The notes under the pieces are model-generated. The model was not told where the DNA came from and did no database searches. It worked only from the letters and a program-made list of their open reading frames with translations. Shown piece by piece: positions 28,598-37,958 of a stretch of DNA of 54,090 nt. How positions within the stretch are numbered: the stretch's first letter is position 1; every line of letters begins with the position of its first letter. The stretch lies in assembly GCA_017609105.1 (NCBI GenBank), contig JAFCEQ010000002.1, positions 1-54,090 on the forward strand. Direction: 5' to 3'. The translations under genes were made by a program, and so were the position numbers. Source of the DNA: Candidatus Parvarchaeota archaeon. Lineage in GTDB: Archaea > Nanobdellota > Nanobdellia > JAFCGN01.

Positions 28598-29778
28598 TTT
28601 TTTTGATTTTATTTAATCTTAACTCTGCTAAACCAACTATTGAATCAAGGGTTTTACAGCATGAAATCTTTTTAGGAGAGCAAATTGATTTTGAATGGGT
28701 TGTTGAAGGACTTAATGATTCTGATATTTTAAGAATTTATGAGCTTCCTTGCGTAATAAATGATTCAGGCATTAAATGCCCGTCAATTAAATTAGATTAT
28801 AGGATTCAAGAAATAAATATTTCAGGAATAACAAGCAGTGTGAAAATAATTCCTTCTCATTCAGGTGTTCTACGTATTTGTGCTGACTTGCTTCACGGAG
28901 GAATGGATTGTGATAAGGATAATTACTTGCTTGTTAAAGAAATAAGAAAAGAAGTGGAAACACAAGTGGTTACTGAAGTGAAAGAAGTTGAGAAAATTGT
29001 TGAGAAAGTGGTTGAAAAAATAGAGTATGTTATTCCAAAACCGAGTTTTGTGTTAGAAGTGATTGAATGGCCTAAAACTATTAGGGCAGGCAAGAATATT
29101 TCAATAATCCTGAATATTTCAAACCCTTGCAATTTCTCTCAACAAGTTAATGTTTATTCTTACTTATTCAATTCTTCTCATTGTTATACTGGTGGTTGGA
29201 CTAAGAATAAAGAACAAGTGATTCTCGCGCCTTTTTCAAGTTCAATAATTAATTTAACAAATCAAGTGAATGATTCTGTTAATGGCACAGCAACACTAAG
29301 AGTTAGGGCAAAAGTTAATGGAACAAATTATGACTCCTCAAAAGAATACAATATTCTTGAAAGACAATATTATGATTTACAAGTAGGGGAAGAACACAAT
29401 TTTACTAATAAGAACACTAATTTAACTATTTTTTTGGAAAACACTGGAAACATTCCTGCTAATATTACAATAAAACTGCTTTCAAATAATGGAACGCTTT
29501 CTTTTAATTTTTCAGTGAAGAATTCTTTAAAAAAAACATTTACTCTTAATTCAACTGAATTTGTTTTACAAGTATTAGATAAGAATGAACTTCTTTATTC
29601 CAAATTTATTGCTAAACCAAGAATTTTGTTGAAAAATAAGATAACAGGGAGTTTTTTAGCAACTAAGCAAGAAATTATTTCTTTTTCAAACAAAATAATT
29701 ACTAAACAGAATACTTTATATATGCTTACTTCAATATTTTCTCTTATTGGTTTATACTTTTTAACCAAGAAATATTAG
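28558..29778 (+). CDS. secreted/cell-surface protein with CARDB-like beta-sandwich region and a C-terminal TM anchor
   Basis: N-terminal signal-like IFCFLIFLILFNLNSA. More than 15 N-x-S/T sequons. NLTIFLENTGNIPANITIKLL resembles CARDB/DUF11 strands. C-terminus LYMLTSIFSLIGLYFL-TKKY is a TM helix plus basic tail. Overlaps the radical SAM gene by 40 nt. Confidence 0.6.
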   Translation: MSGVWRKTIFCFLIFLILFNLNSAKPTIESRVLQHEIFLGEQIDFEWVVEGLNDSDILRIYELPCVINDSGIKCPSIKLDYRIQEINISGITSSVKIIPSHSGVLRICADLLHGGMDCDKDNYLLVKEIRKEVETQVVTEVKEVEKIVEKVVEKIEYVIPKPSFVLEVIEWPKTIRAGKNISIILNISNPCNFSQQVNVYSYLFNSSHCYTGGWTKNKEQVILAPFSSSIINLTNQVNDSVNGTATLRVRAKVNGTNYDSSKEYNILERQYYDLQVGEEHNFTNKNTNLTIFLENTGNIPANITIKLLSNNGTLSFNFSVKNSLKKTFTLNSTEFVLQVLDKNELLYSKFIAKPRILLKNKITGSFLATKQEIISFSNKIITKQNTLYMLTSIFSLIGLYFLTKKY

Positions 29779-29806
29779 TATTTATAAAAAAATTAAAGGT
29801 GTTTGA

Positions 29807-30301
29807 ATGACTGAAGAAGGAATCCTTTTAAGAATAACAATAGAAATGGTTGGCCAACCTAAAGCAGTGCTCTTGCAGGCTTTAAAGAATGTTAGTGAAG
29901 AAATAAAAGAGAAATATGAAGCATCAGATATTGTTTTATCCGATGCTGAAAAAATTGGTACAACGCTTTTATCAGCTTTTGTTGAAATGAAAGTTAGAGT
30001 AAAAAATTATGAAGAGCTTTCTAATCTTGTGATTGATTACATGCCATCATTTGTTGAAGTTCTTGAACCAAACAAAATAGTTGTGGAACTGCCTGAACTT
30101 GAACAATCAATTAATAATTTTGTTGCTATTATTCAAAAACTTGACAAGCAATTAAAGTACGTAGCAGCAAATAATGTTATTTTGCAGAAAAAGTTGCAAG
30201 AATTAGATAAGAATTCAAGCAAACAAAATTCTTTAAGTCAAGAAAAACAAGAAAATTCTAAAAAAAATAAGAAGCAGAAAAAATCGCGTAAATCTAAATA
30301 A
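29807..30301 (+). CDS. hypothetical protein with Lys-rich tail
   Basis: 164-aa ORF preceded by AGGTG. No motif recognised. Confidence 0.5.
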   Translation: MTEEGILLRITIEMVGQPKAVLLQALKNVSEEIKEKYEASDIVLSDAEKIGTTLLSAFVEMKVRVKNYEELSNLVIDYMPSFVEVLEPNKIVVELPELEQSINNFVAIIQKLDKQLKYVAANNVILQKKLQELDKNSSKQNSLSQEKQENSKKNKKQKKSRKSK

Positions 30302-30330
30302 AACGCTTTCTAATTAAAGGTATCACAAAA

Positions 30331-30338
30331 TATTTAAA
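30331..30338 (+). promoter_or_regulatory. TATA-like box of the S-layer gene
   Basis: TATTTAAA preceded by an A-rich BRE-like stretch, about 60 nt upstream of ATG 30395. This implies a 5' UTR of about 30-35 nt containing the palindrome CTCCTAGGAG (30370-30379) and the GGTGA RBS. Confidence 0.35.
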
Positions 30339-30394
30339 TACTTATGAAACCTATCTATTTTTATGACCCCTCCTAGGAGATAGGGTGAACTAAC

Positions 30395-32797
30395 ATGGAA
30401 TTAAATAAATTGAAAAATGGAATAAAAAAAATAGCAGCAGTCGCGGGAACTGGAATTTTTGCAATGGCAACAATTTCTGGTGCCTTGGCAGCAGCAGATC
30501 TTAGCAAGATTGCAACTGCAGGCGGATCTTTTATTGATTCCAACGGGAACTTGAACGCTAACATCGTTCTTGGAACTGGTGGAGCAACAAATGTTGTTGG
30601 ATTCGCACAAGATGTTGCAGGCGCAATTGAAGTAGGAGCTGCTCTTGCACAAAGTGCTACATCAAGCACAGGCAATTCAGCTGTCTTAAGCACAACTGCG
30701 TGGGAAGGCGCAAACACTTCAATAGCTATAGGTGCAACTAGCTCAACAGAAATGACACTTGATTGGCAAAACATAACTGCATTTGCCAAATACCAATGGA
30801 GTGAAAGCGGAACAACTAAAAACGCAACACAAGTTTTCACAATAGGAGATACAGTAAACTCTACAGGACTTGAAATAACATTTCCAATCGCAAGTCTTAA
30901 CTTGACTTTGGATGTTGAAGGAGATGTTATTAATAAAACAGGAGATTTCCTTAAGATAGGAAATAATGTCTACAAAGTAACAGATATTGCAGCAAATGAA
31001 GACAATGATGCAAGTACAAACATATCTATTGGTAGAACAGCAGAGGATGTGAAATTCAATGTAAATGACAGTAAAACCTATGGAGGCGTAACTGTCAAAT
31101 TGCTTGGAATTGACTCTGCTTCAGGAAATGCACAATTAGAGCTTTCAGGAGATAGTTCTGAAGGCACTAAAACAGTTGTTAAACAACAAGGCCAAAGCTA
31201 TTCTTATGGCAATATTGAAGTAACAGTTGATACAACATGGGGCGGATCAAACCCTTACGCAGTATTAGATATTGTGTATGACAAGCAAACCTTAAGACAA
31301 GGACATGAATTTTATGCAGACACAAATTACAATGTGACCTTCAACAATGTTGTTGGTGGTGCAAATGGTAACACTACAGCGGACATTTCATTATGGAACA
31401 ATAAAATCATTAAATTAACACCAGGAGAATCAACACAAGGTCCAATGGATTTGTTTAACATAACTTTCATTAAGACAGAAAATGTTGCTTCAAGCGATTC
31501 TGGCAGCGAATACCAAAACATTACTGTTAGTGATGCAGTTGCATTAGTGAACACTTTTGATTGTAATGGAGCGTTCACAAACTTCTCTACTGAGAATAAC
31601 TTACTTATTCCAGGATTGAAGTACTACAATTATACTGTAAGCACTAACACAGTAGGAAACAAAATCGCTGATACAAGCACTTCAACAAGTTATAACACTG
31701 GAGGACAAACAGATATCATAGCATACACTGGAGCAAACACAAGTGTTGGAACAAGAGAATTCCGTTTGGAATGTGATAGTGGAACATTAACTGTTTTCTA
31801 TGCAACAGGTACAAGCGGTTGGAGTTCTTTATCAACTAATGAAAATGTGACAACACCTGGCGGATTGTTCTTAAACAATTCTGATGGAACTTTTAGTGTA
31901 AGAGCACCTGCAGTGAAAATAACTGTAAGCAATGGCGGACCATGGACTTATGGAAATACAACAATTTACGGAAGAAAAGGTTCTAACAAGTTAGTGTTAA
32001 ATACAACAGGAGCAGAAAATGATGTAATTACCTTAGATGGTAGTTATGCATCTTATCCAACATACACGAACCTTACATGGGATGGAGACAACGGAATTTT
32101 AACAATAACAGAAGCTAACGGCGACAGTAATACAATAACAGTTGAATTCAATGACACTGAATTCTTCTCTAACATAACTGCATGGGATTACACTGAAGGA
32201 ACAAAAACATCCTTTGGTAGCATGCCATTCTGGACAAATGGAACTGCTGCTGGTAAAGCAGCAAACATTTCAAATGCAGACAATGTTACAATAAAAGTAC
32301 CACAAAAGAAACTTGTGTACGGAACTGGTAGCTGGGGTTCAAATGACATAACTCTTAACCAAGGAGAGAGTTATAATTTCACCAAAGCAACAGATGTTAC
32401 ATTATCAAGTGTTGCTGGCGGTGTGAATAAAGTAACTCCAAACTTTGCTAAATTAGACACTGAAACAGGTGTCAAGGACTTGCCTGTTATCTTAATCGGA
32501 GGTCCAGCAGTCAATGCATTAGTTAAAGAATTAGCTGATGCAAACAAGACATGGAAATCATCTGATTATGCAGAAAACAGAGCAATAATTGATTTAATTG
32601 CTGATGCATTTGCTACCGGCAAGGACGCATTAGTTATTGCAGGTTATGCAGGCAAGGACACAAGATTAGCAGCAAGAGTTGTTGCAAGCGAAATCTTGTA
32701 TCCAGATACTTTAGCAATTGACTTCACTGGTAAAGAAAGAGTTATCTTGAACACTGGTGTAACAGAATACACTGATGTTACTGAAGTAACAGAGTAA
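30395..32797 (+). CDS. S-layer (surface layer) glycoprotein, Methanococcus/Pyrococcus type
   Basis: Signal peptide IAAVAGTGIFAMATISGALAA. N-terminal IVLGTGGATNVVGFAQDVAGAIEVGAALA and C-terminal PVILIGGPAVNALVKELA...DALVIAGYAGKDTRLAARVVAS resemble the conserved ends of MJ-type S-layer proteins. Thr/Asn/Gly-rich with many N-x-S/T sequons. Locally GC-richer than its neighbours. Confidence 0.8.
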   Translation: MELNKLKNGIKKIAAVAGTGIFAMATISGALAAADLSKIATAGGSFIDSNGNLNANIVLGTGGATNVVGFAQDVAGAIEVGAALAQSATSSTGNSAVLSTTAWEGANTSIAIGATSSTEMTLDWQNITAFAKYQWSESGTTKNATQVFTIGDTVNSTGLEITFPIASLNLTLDVEGDVINKTGDFLKIGNNVYKVTDIAANEDNDASTNISIGRTAEDVKFNVNDSKTYGGVTVKLLGIDSASGNAQLELSGDSSEGTKTVVKQQGQSYSYGNIEVTVDTTWGGSNPYAVLDIVYDKQTLRQGHEFYADTNYNVTFNNVVGGANGNTTADISLWNNKIIKLTPGESTQGPMDLFNITFIKTENVASSDSGSEYQNITVSDAVALVNTFDCNGAFTNFSTENNLLIPGLKYYNYTVSTNTVGNKIADTSTSTSYNTGGQTDIIAYTGANTSVGTREFRLECDSGTLTVFYATGTSGWSSLSTNENVTTPGGLFLNNSDGTFSVRAPAVKITVSNGGPWTYGNTTIYGRKGSNKLVLNTTGAENDVITLDGSYASYPTYTNLTWDGDNGILTITEANGDSNTITVEFNDTEFFSNITAWDYTEGTKTSFGSMPFWTNGTAAGKAANISNADNVTIKVPQKKLVYGTGSWGSNDITLNQGESYNFTKATDVTLSSVAGGVNKVTPNFAKLDTETGVKDLPVILIGGPAVNALVKELADANKTWKSSDYAENRAIIDLIADAFATGKDALVIAGYAGKDTRLAARVVASEILYPDTLAIDFTGKERVILNTGVTEYTDVTEVTE

Positions 32798-32810
32798 GCG
32801 ATTGCTTAAA

Positions 32811-32855
32811 AAAAAGGATTTTTTAATCCTTTACCCTTTTCTTTTTTTTCTTTTT
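32811..32855 (+). terminator. hairpin plus T-tract terminator after the S-layer gene
   Basis: AAAGGATT-TTTT-AATCCTTT hairpin (32813-32832), then T-runs (32837-32855), 14 nt after the stop codon. Confidence 0.55.
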
Positions 32856-32936
32856 AACCAAAAAATATGATTGATTAATTTCTGAAAAAATTATTTTGGA
32901 AAACTATTTAAACCATCTTTCTTTTTTTAATTAGTT

Positions 32937-33470
32937 ATGCAAAAACTTGCTTTTAAAGTAATGCTGCTTTTCGTAAGCATTGTTATTATTATGTATCTTG
33001 CACTTGTTTGGAATGCAGAATTAAATGAAATGCAAGAGTTAAAAGAAAAGCAAGCGTTTTATGATGCTCAATGCAAATTGCTTGGAGAGAACGTAATGAA
33101 TTACACTGATGAAAATTGTTCTTTCAGTTTTTCTTATCTTGATGAGAACGCAAAGTATTATGCTTGCGATATTTTATGCAAGAAAAATGTTTTAACTTAT
33201 AATTTAACAAATACTTTAAATAATCCTTTTATAGAGTTAAAAGGAGAAACACCTAAAACTTTTGAAGAATGCTTTTCATTTGCTTCTACAAATCCAAATG
33301 AGAGTGTGTTCACAATCCGTTTTGTTGGAACAGAGCAAACATGCTTTCTTGATGTTAATCTTTCTGTAAGAAATGTTTGCGATTCTATTACAGTGCCAGA
33401 ACCTTATTCTTATGTTTTTGAAAATAATTCATGTTATTTAAAACAAACAATAGCAATACCAATTAAGTAA
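32937..33470 (+). CDS. membrane-anchored/secreted Cys-rich protein
   Basis: N-terminal hydrophobic helix (LLFVSIVIIMYLALVW), 10 Cys in the ectodomain, N-x-S/T sequons, tail YSYVFENNSCYLKQ. Confidence 0.5.
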   Translation: MQKLAFKVMLLFVSIVIIMYLALVWNAELNEMQELKEKQAFYDAQCKLLGENVMNYTDENCSFSFSYLDENAKYYACDILCKKNVLTYNLTNTLNNPFIELKGETPKTFEECFSFASTNPNESVFTIRFVGTEQTCFLDVNLSVRNVCDSITVPEPYSYVFENNSCYLKQTIAIPIK

Positions 33471-33584
33471 TGCTTAAAAAAATTTAAGTTAAAAAAAACA
33501 TTGGTTTTGAGAACATAAATTAACTTTTTAATTAAAAAAAATTAATGCATAATTTTAATATATTAAAAACATTCCTTATATTTT

Positions 33585-34148
33585 ATGAGATTTTTAACTA
33601 AGCACTATGTTGAGTTCGGAATCATTTCTTTAATCATTTTTCTTTCAGTACTAACAAGAAATTCTTCTTCAACAATTATTGGTTCTGCTATTGTTAATGC
33701 TGATAACATAAACAATCAAGATTTTATTAGTATAAAAAATGATTATGAATCTCAAATAAAGGATTTAAACAAAGAATTATTGAAAACTAAAAATTTATTG
33801 TTTGAATGCCAAGAAGGGTATAAAGAAGTGTTAGAAAACGTTACTATCGCTAATGAAAAAGAGGTTGAGGATTTAAACAAAAGACTTGATGATTGTTATT
33901 TTAATGTTAAATCAAAAGAGTTTCAAATAAATAATTTAACTAAAGTAATAAATAATTTTAATGAAGAAAAAAATGATTTAAATGAAGAGTACTCCCTTCT
34001 TGCTGAAAATTTCGCAATTAAGTATTGTTGTGTTCAAAGAATTATTAATCCAGAAATCAAATATTATTTTGTTGAAAATAATACAGTGTTTTGTTCAACA
34101 ACAAAGAATAATACGGGTTATTATGAGTTTTACCAAAATTGTCCTTAA
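33585..34148 (+). CDS. membrane-anchored coiled-coil / Cys-rich protein (distant paralog of 32937-33470)
   Basis: N-terminal TM (GIISLIIFLSVL), coiled-coil middle, Cys-containing tail KYYFVENNTVFCSTTKNN...YQNCP sharing the Y-x-[FV]-[VF]-ENN-[ST] motif with the preceding gene. Confidence 0.5.
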   Translation: MRFLTKHYVEFGIISLIIFLSVLTRNSSSTIIGSAIVNADNINNQDFISIKNDYESQIKDLNKELLKTKNLLFECQEGYKEVLENVTIANEKEVEDLNKRLDDCYFNVKSKEFQINNLTKVINNFNEEKNDLNEEYSLLAENFAIKYCCVQRIINPEIKYYFVENNTVFCSTTKNNTGYYEFYQNCP

Positions 34149-34223
34149 AGAATTTTGTGCTTTAAAGAAGTTAATTTTTTTGTGAGTAGAAAATTAAATT
34201 AATCAAAAAGTGTTAGTTATAAA

Positions 34224-34745
34224 ATGATGATATCATTAATTGGAGTAATAAGTTTGTTAATTTTTTTGGTTTTAATTATTCCTTATTGGAAAGAAAGACC
34301 TGAATACATTAGTTTTCCATTATTGCTTATGGGATTAAGTTTTTTCATTTATTTCTTGAATGATTTAATTAGTTTTATGAACTCAAATAATTTGCGAGTT
34401 ATTCACTCTTATTTTTGGGTTTTCATGTTCTGTGTTTTCATGTTCTTGTATAAGAAGAAGTTTGAATACCTCGTGCTTTACACTTTTCTTGTTTTTTTTC
34501 CTGTTATAATCTCTCATTTCTTTTTCATTGAATTAGTTATTGCAGTAGAAGTAATTGCTTATATTATTTCTGCTTTATTGTTTTTTGGTTTTGCTTTTAA
34601 TAAGCCAAAAGAAATGAAATACGCTTCTTATATTGGTGTGATAGCCTGTGTTTTGTTGATTTTTACAAGTTTTGCTAAAATAACTTATGCTTTTCCATTG
34701 AGTTTGCTTGGATTATCTTTTTCAATAATTGCATTAAAAGTTTGA
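34224..34745 (+). CDS. polytopic membrane protein, unknown function
   Basis: 173 aa, 5-6 hydrophobic helices. No motif recognised. Confidence 0.5.
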   Translation: MMISLIGVISLLIFLVLIIPYWKERPEYISFPLLLMGLSFFIYFLNDLISFMNSNNLRVIHSYFWVFMFCVFMFLYKKKFEYLVLYTFLVFFPVIISHFFFIELVIAVEVIAYIISALLFFGFAFNKPKEMKYASYIGVIACVLLIFTSFAKITYAFPLSLLGLSFSIIALKV

Positions 34746-34780
34746 AGCAAGGTGTTTTTGAGAATAATGTATTTTTTTTA

Positions 34781-35476
34781 TTAGTGTGAAGCGAGTAATT
34801 GTTCGTTAATTATTTCTTCTATTTCATTTTTTGGTATTACTTTTGAGATTGTAATGTTTTCATTAAAAAGAATGGTTGGGAATTCAGTTATATTATATTT
34901 ATTCATCATCGCGTTTACTGAAGTTAAATTTAAATCAGTTGCTAATGGTATAAGCATTATGTTCTTTCCGTATTCTTGTTTTATATTAAAAAGGAGTTCG
35001 CTTATCTTATCTTGTTCAACTTTTTTTGTTGTAGTAACATTGTCCTTATATAAATACACTACATTAATGTAATCACTATTATTGCACATTTCTTTAATGC
35101 TTATGGAATTAATCCAGAATTGAAGCCTTAAAAGATTGTATTCTCTTTTTTCAACATATAAGTTTGTTTCAAAATCATTTCTTTTTTCATATGTTGCTAT
35201 TTTTTTTCCTCTTTCATAAATGTCATCACCGAATCTTAGGTTTTCATTAATCATGTTTTCACAGAATTTTTCATTATTTGTTTTTAGGTTTTCTTGTATT
35301 ATATCTGATTGTAATTGTATGTCATTCCATGAGATTTGCATTTCTTTGTAATCATTTTTGATTTCATTTATTCTATTTTTTTGCATTTCTACTCCGAAGA
35401 GAATGCCTGCAGAGAAAATAATTAAGGTTAGTATGCCTGAAGTTATTGCAGTTCTAATAATGTTTACCATTTCCAC
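34781..35476 (-). CDS. single-pass membrane protein with C-terminal thioredoxin-fold-like domain lacking CxxC (tentative)
   Basis: N-terminal TM (ITSGILTLIIFSAGILFGV). The C-terminal pattern VVYLY...MLIPLATD...EFPTILFNE is reminiscent of a Trx-like fold but has no CxxC. Its start overlaps the GT2 gene end by 13 nt. Confidence 0.45.
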   Translation of the reverse strand: MEMVNIIRTAITSGILTLIIFSAGILFGVEMQKNRINEIKNDYKEMQISWNDIQLQSDIIQENLKTNNEKFCENMINENLRFGDDIYERGKKIATYEKRNDFETNLYVEKREYNLLRLQFWINSISIKEMCNNSDYINVVYLYKDNVTTTKKVEQDKISELLFNIKQEYGKNIMLIPLATDLNLTSVNAMMNKYNITEFPTILFNENITISKVIPKNEIEEIINEQLLASH

Positions 35477-36708
35477 TCTCCTTTATTAACTCTAATAATT
35501 CCTTGTATTAATATTATTGGGAATAATGCAAGATAAAAAGTTAGTGTTATGAGGAGTATGAAAACCCCTCCTTTATGAAGGTTGAAGTATTTTTTGTTTT
35601 TTAAACTAAGCAAGGAAATTGTTGTATAAATTATTGATGCAATGAATAAGAGTATTCCGAAGAAAGTGAAGGAGTTTGGAATTTCCACGTATTCAATTAC
35701 TGAAGGAGGTTGAGCAAATCTTGCTATTATTGAATAATAAATTCTTGGTATTCCTTCAATTATAAACCTGTATATTACGATTGCGAAACCAAGTAAGGAA
35801 GTAAAAAAAGATAGAGCAAAAAATGGGAAAACAAATTTGCTTACAATCCCGTACTCTTTTTGTTTGAACAAGGATTTCTTGTATTTTAATAGTGTTTGAT
35901 ACCCTCCTGCACTCCACCTCACTCTTTGCTTCCACCATTTCTTAAAATTTTTCGGAGCGCTTGTGTAAACAATTGCTTTTAATGAAATCCTAACATTATA
36001 TCCTTTTGAGAGCAGTCTCCATCCAATTTCAATGTCTTCTGTAATGTTTTTTTCATCAAAACCCCCGATTTTTTTAAGAACACTTGCTTTGTAAACGCTT
36101 AAAGGTCCTGGAGTTACGTAAATTGCTCCAATGAATTCAAGAAGTTTTCTCACCCAAAGAATGCTGGTGTACTCAACATCTTGCATTTTTTCTAAAAAAG
36201 TATTTCTTTTTTTTAATTGAATGTTTGAGGTCACAGCATCAGTGTTAGGATAATTTTCAAACACTCCCATTATCATTTTTAAAGCGTTTTTATCAAGATA
36301 AGAATCAGCGTCAACAACTCCAATGAATTCGTTTTTCGCTATTTTTAATGCATTGTTTAAAGCAACAGCTTTTCCTTGGTTTTTTTGGTTTATGATTTTA
36401 ATTATTTTCGGGTATTTTTTCTGCCATTTTTTTAGTATTTTTAAAGTATTATCTGTTGAACCATCATTTATTGCAATTATTTCAATCTTGTTTTTTGAGT
36501 AATTAGAAGCTAAAATTGATTTTATGCTTTCTTCAACGTTTCTTCCTTCATTATAAGCTGGTATTAGAATGCTTATTCCTTTTTCTTTTTTAGCAGGTTT
36601 GTCTTTGAAGAACAAATCAAATGTTTCAACATAAATTAAACTAAAGAAAATCGTGAAGTAAAGCGTGCAAATTATGAAAAAATAAAACATTAAAGGCAGT
36701 ATTCCCAT
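35464..36708 (-). CDS. processive family 2 glycosyltransferase (NodC / PgaC / cellulose-chitin-hyaluronan synthase-like)
   Basis: ILIPAYNEG, NDGSTDNT, VVDADS, TEDIEIGWRL and the QRVRWSAGG (QxxRW) motif, with N- and C-terminal TM helices. 414 aa. Confidence 0.85.
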   Translation of the reverse strand: MGILPLMFYFFIICTLYFTIFFSLIYVETFDLFFKDKPAKKEKGISILIPAYNEGRNVEESIKSILASNYSKNKIEIIAINDGSTDNTLKILKKWQKKYPKIIKIINQKNQGKAVALNNALKIAKNEFIGVVDADSYLDKNALKMIMGVFENYPNTDAVTSNIQLKKRNTFLEKMQDVEYTSILWVRKLLEFIGAIYVTPGPLSVYKASVLKKIGGFDEKNITEDIEIGWRLLSKGYNVRISLKAIVYTSAPKNFKKWWKQRVRWSAGGYQTLLKYKKSLFKQKEYGIVSKFVFPFFALSFFTSLLGFAIVIYRFIIEGIPRIYYSIIARFAQPPSVIEYVEIPNSFTFFGILLFIASIIYTTISLLSLKNKKYFNLHKGGVFILLITLTFYLALFPIILIQGIIRVNKGEWKW

Positions 36709-36722
36709 TTAACATCACTTAT

Positions 36723-37904
36723 TCAATTATTGTTTAAATTTTTTGTTAATTCATTTATTACAGTAGTAGCATACGCTCCTTTATTAAGACAGAAACTAAG
36801 TATTAAATTCCTCTTTTTAAGTTTATACTTGAAATTCCTTACTTTAATCATTGTTTTTCTTTCTCCTCCTTTTAAACTCATTTCAGGCATTAATTTTGTT
36901 CTAAAATCTTGAGGTTCTATTTTTTCTTTTTCAAGTATTTTTTTCATTTCTTCAGGGATTTCTTCACTCTTATAACCTATTAATGGGAGGTATTCAGGCA
37001 CGTCATTCCATGAATACTTGCTTAAACAGTTATTAAATAAATAGGATTGAACTGAGTGAACAAACATTAATCTTAATTTTCTTGGAATTCTTTTCATTGC
37101 ACTAAGATAATCCTCTTGATTTCTTGAAAGATATTGAATAACGCTTCTTTCAATACCCAAGTATTTTGGGTATTCTTCTAATGCTTTTTTAAAACCTTGT
37201 TTATTCCAATTTTTTTTTAAATTCTCTCTTGCCCTTGTTGCTTCCTCGCTTTCATCTCCTGTTTTAGTTAAAAAAATTTTCACAGCTTTTTTATAATCAT
37301 CATTTATCATTGCTCTGCCCACTAAATAATTTGTTTTTCTTTGAATGCCGAAACGTTGAGGTCCAAAATAATTTGGCAACCCCTTTTGTATTTCTTTTTT
37401 GAATTCTTCCATTATTTCTTTTGTTGCATTAGTTTCTCTTAATCTTATTCTAAAACAATTTCCTTTTAAATCTCCTAATCTAAGTCTTTTTTTGGAATAA
37501 GAGAAATTTTTTAATTGAAGATCTTTAATTCTAATTTTCTTTAATTTTTTTAAATCTACTTTGAATCCTGTAATGCTTTGGCTTGTTATCCCAATTTTAT
37601 CTTTTGTTCCAGCGTAGTCAAATCGTGTTGGACTTACATTCATTCTTTTGCTTATTTCTTCAAGCGCTCTTTGAGTAGTGTAATTTCTTTTCACTAAAGT
37701 GAAGTTCACGTATTTCTCTTTTTTATTTCTCGGTTTTTTTGGAAGAAAATCTTTTATTCTTTCTAAAAAAGCGTATTTCACGCTTCTTTTTTTTCCATCC
37801 ACACTTATTTCTTCAACAATAAAGTCCTCAGGATATTTTTTAAACACTCCTTTCACTGGTGGCGTGCTCGTCCAATATTTAATGCCATATTCTTCAATTA
37901 TCAT
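36723..37904 (-). CDS. truD: tRNA pseudouridine synthase TruD/Pus7 family
   Basis: FDYAGTKDKIGITSQ (catalytic Asp motif GTKD) and NYFGPQRFG, both TruD signatures. 393 aa. Confidence 0.88.
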   Translation of the reverse strand: MIIEEYGIKYWTSTPPVKGVFKKYPEDFIVEEISVDGKKRSVKYAFLERIKDFLPKKPRNKKEKYVNFTLVKRNYTTQRALEEISKRMNVSPTRFDYAGTKDKIGITSQSITGFKVDLKKLKKIRIKDLQLKNFSYSKKRLRLGDLKGNCFRIRLRETNATKEIMEEFKKEIQKGLPNYFGPQRFGIQRKTNYLVGRAMINDDYKKAVKIFLTKTGDESEEATRARENLKKNWNKQGFKKALEEYPKYLGIERSVIQYLSRNQEDYLSAMKRIPRKLRLMFVHSVQSYLFNNCLSKYSWNDVPEYLPLIGYKSEEIPEEMKKILEKEKIEPQDFRTKLMPEMSLKGGERKTMIKVRNFKYKLKKRNLILSFCLNKGAYATTVINELTKNLNNN

Positions 37905-37958
37905 TCTAGTATTTAGTGAAAGATTAAGAATTTAAAACCTTGCTAACTATATTTTTTT

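Noticed and set aside
30373-30840. 155-aa Ala/Pro-rich ORF antisense to the S-layer gene, and 30401-30652
   Set aside because: They are a consequence of the locally higher GC content of the highly biased S-layer gene. The sense-strand protein has clear S-layer N- and C-terminal signatures.
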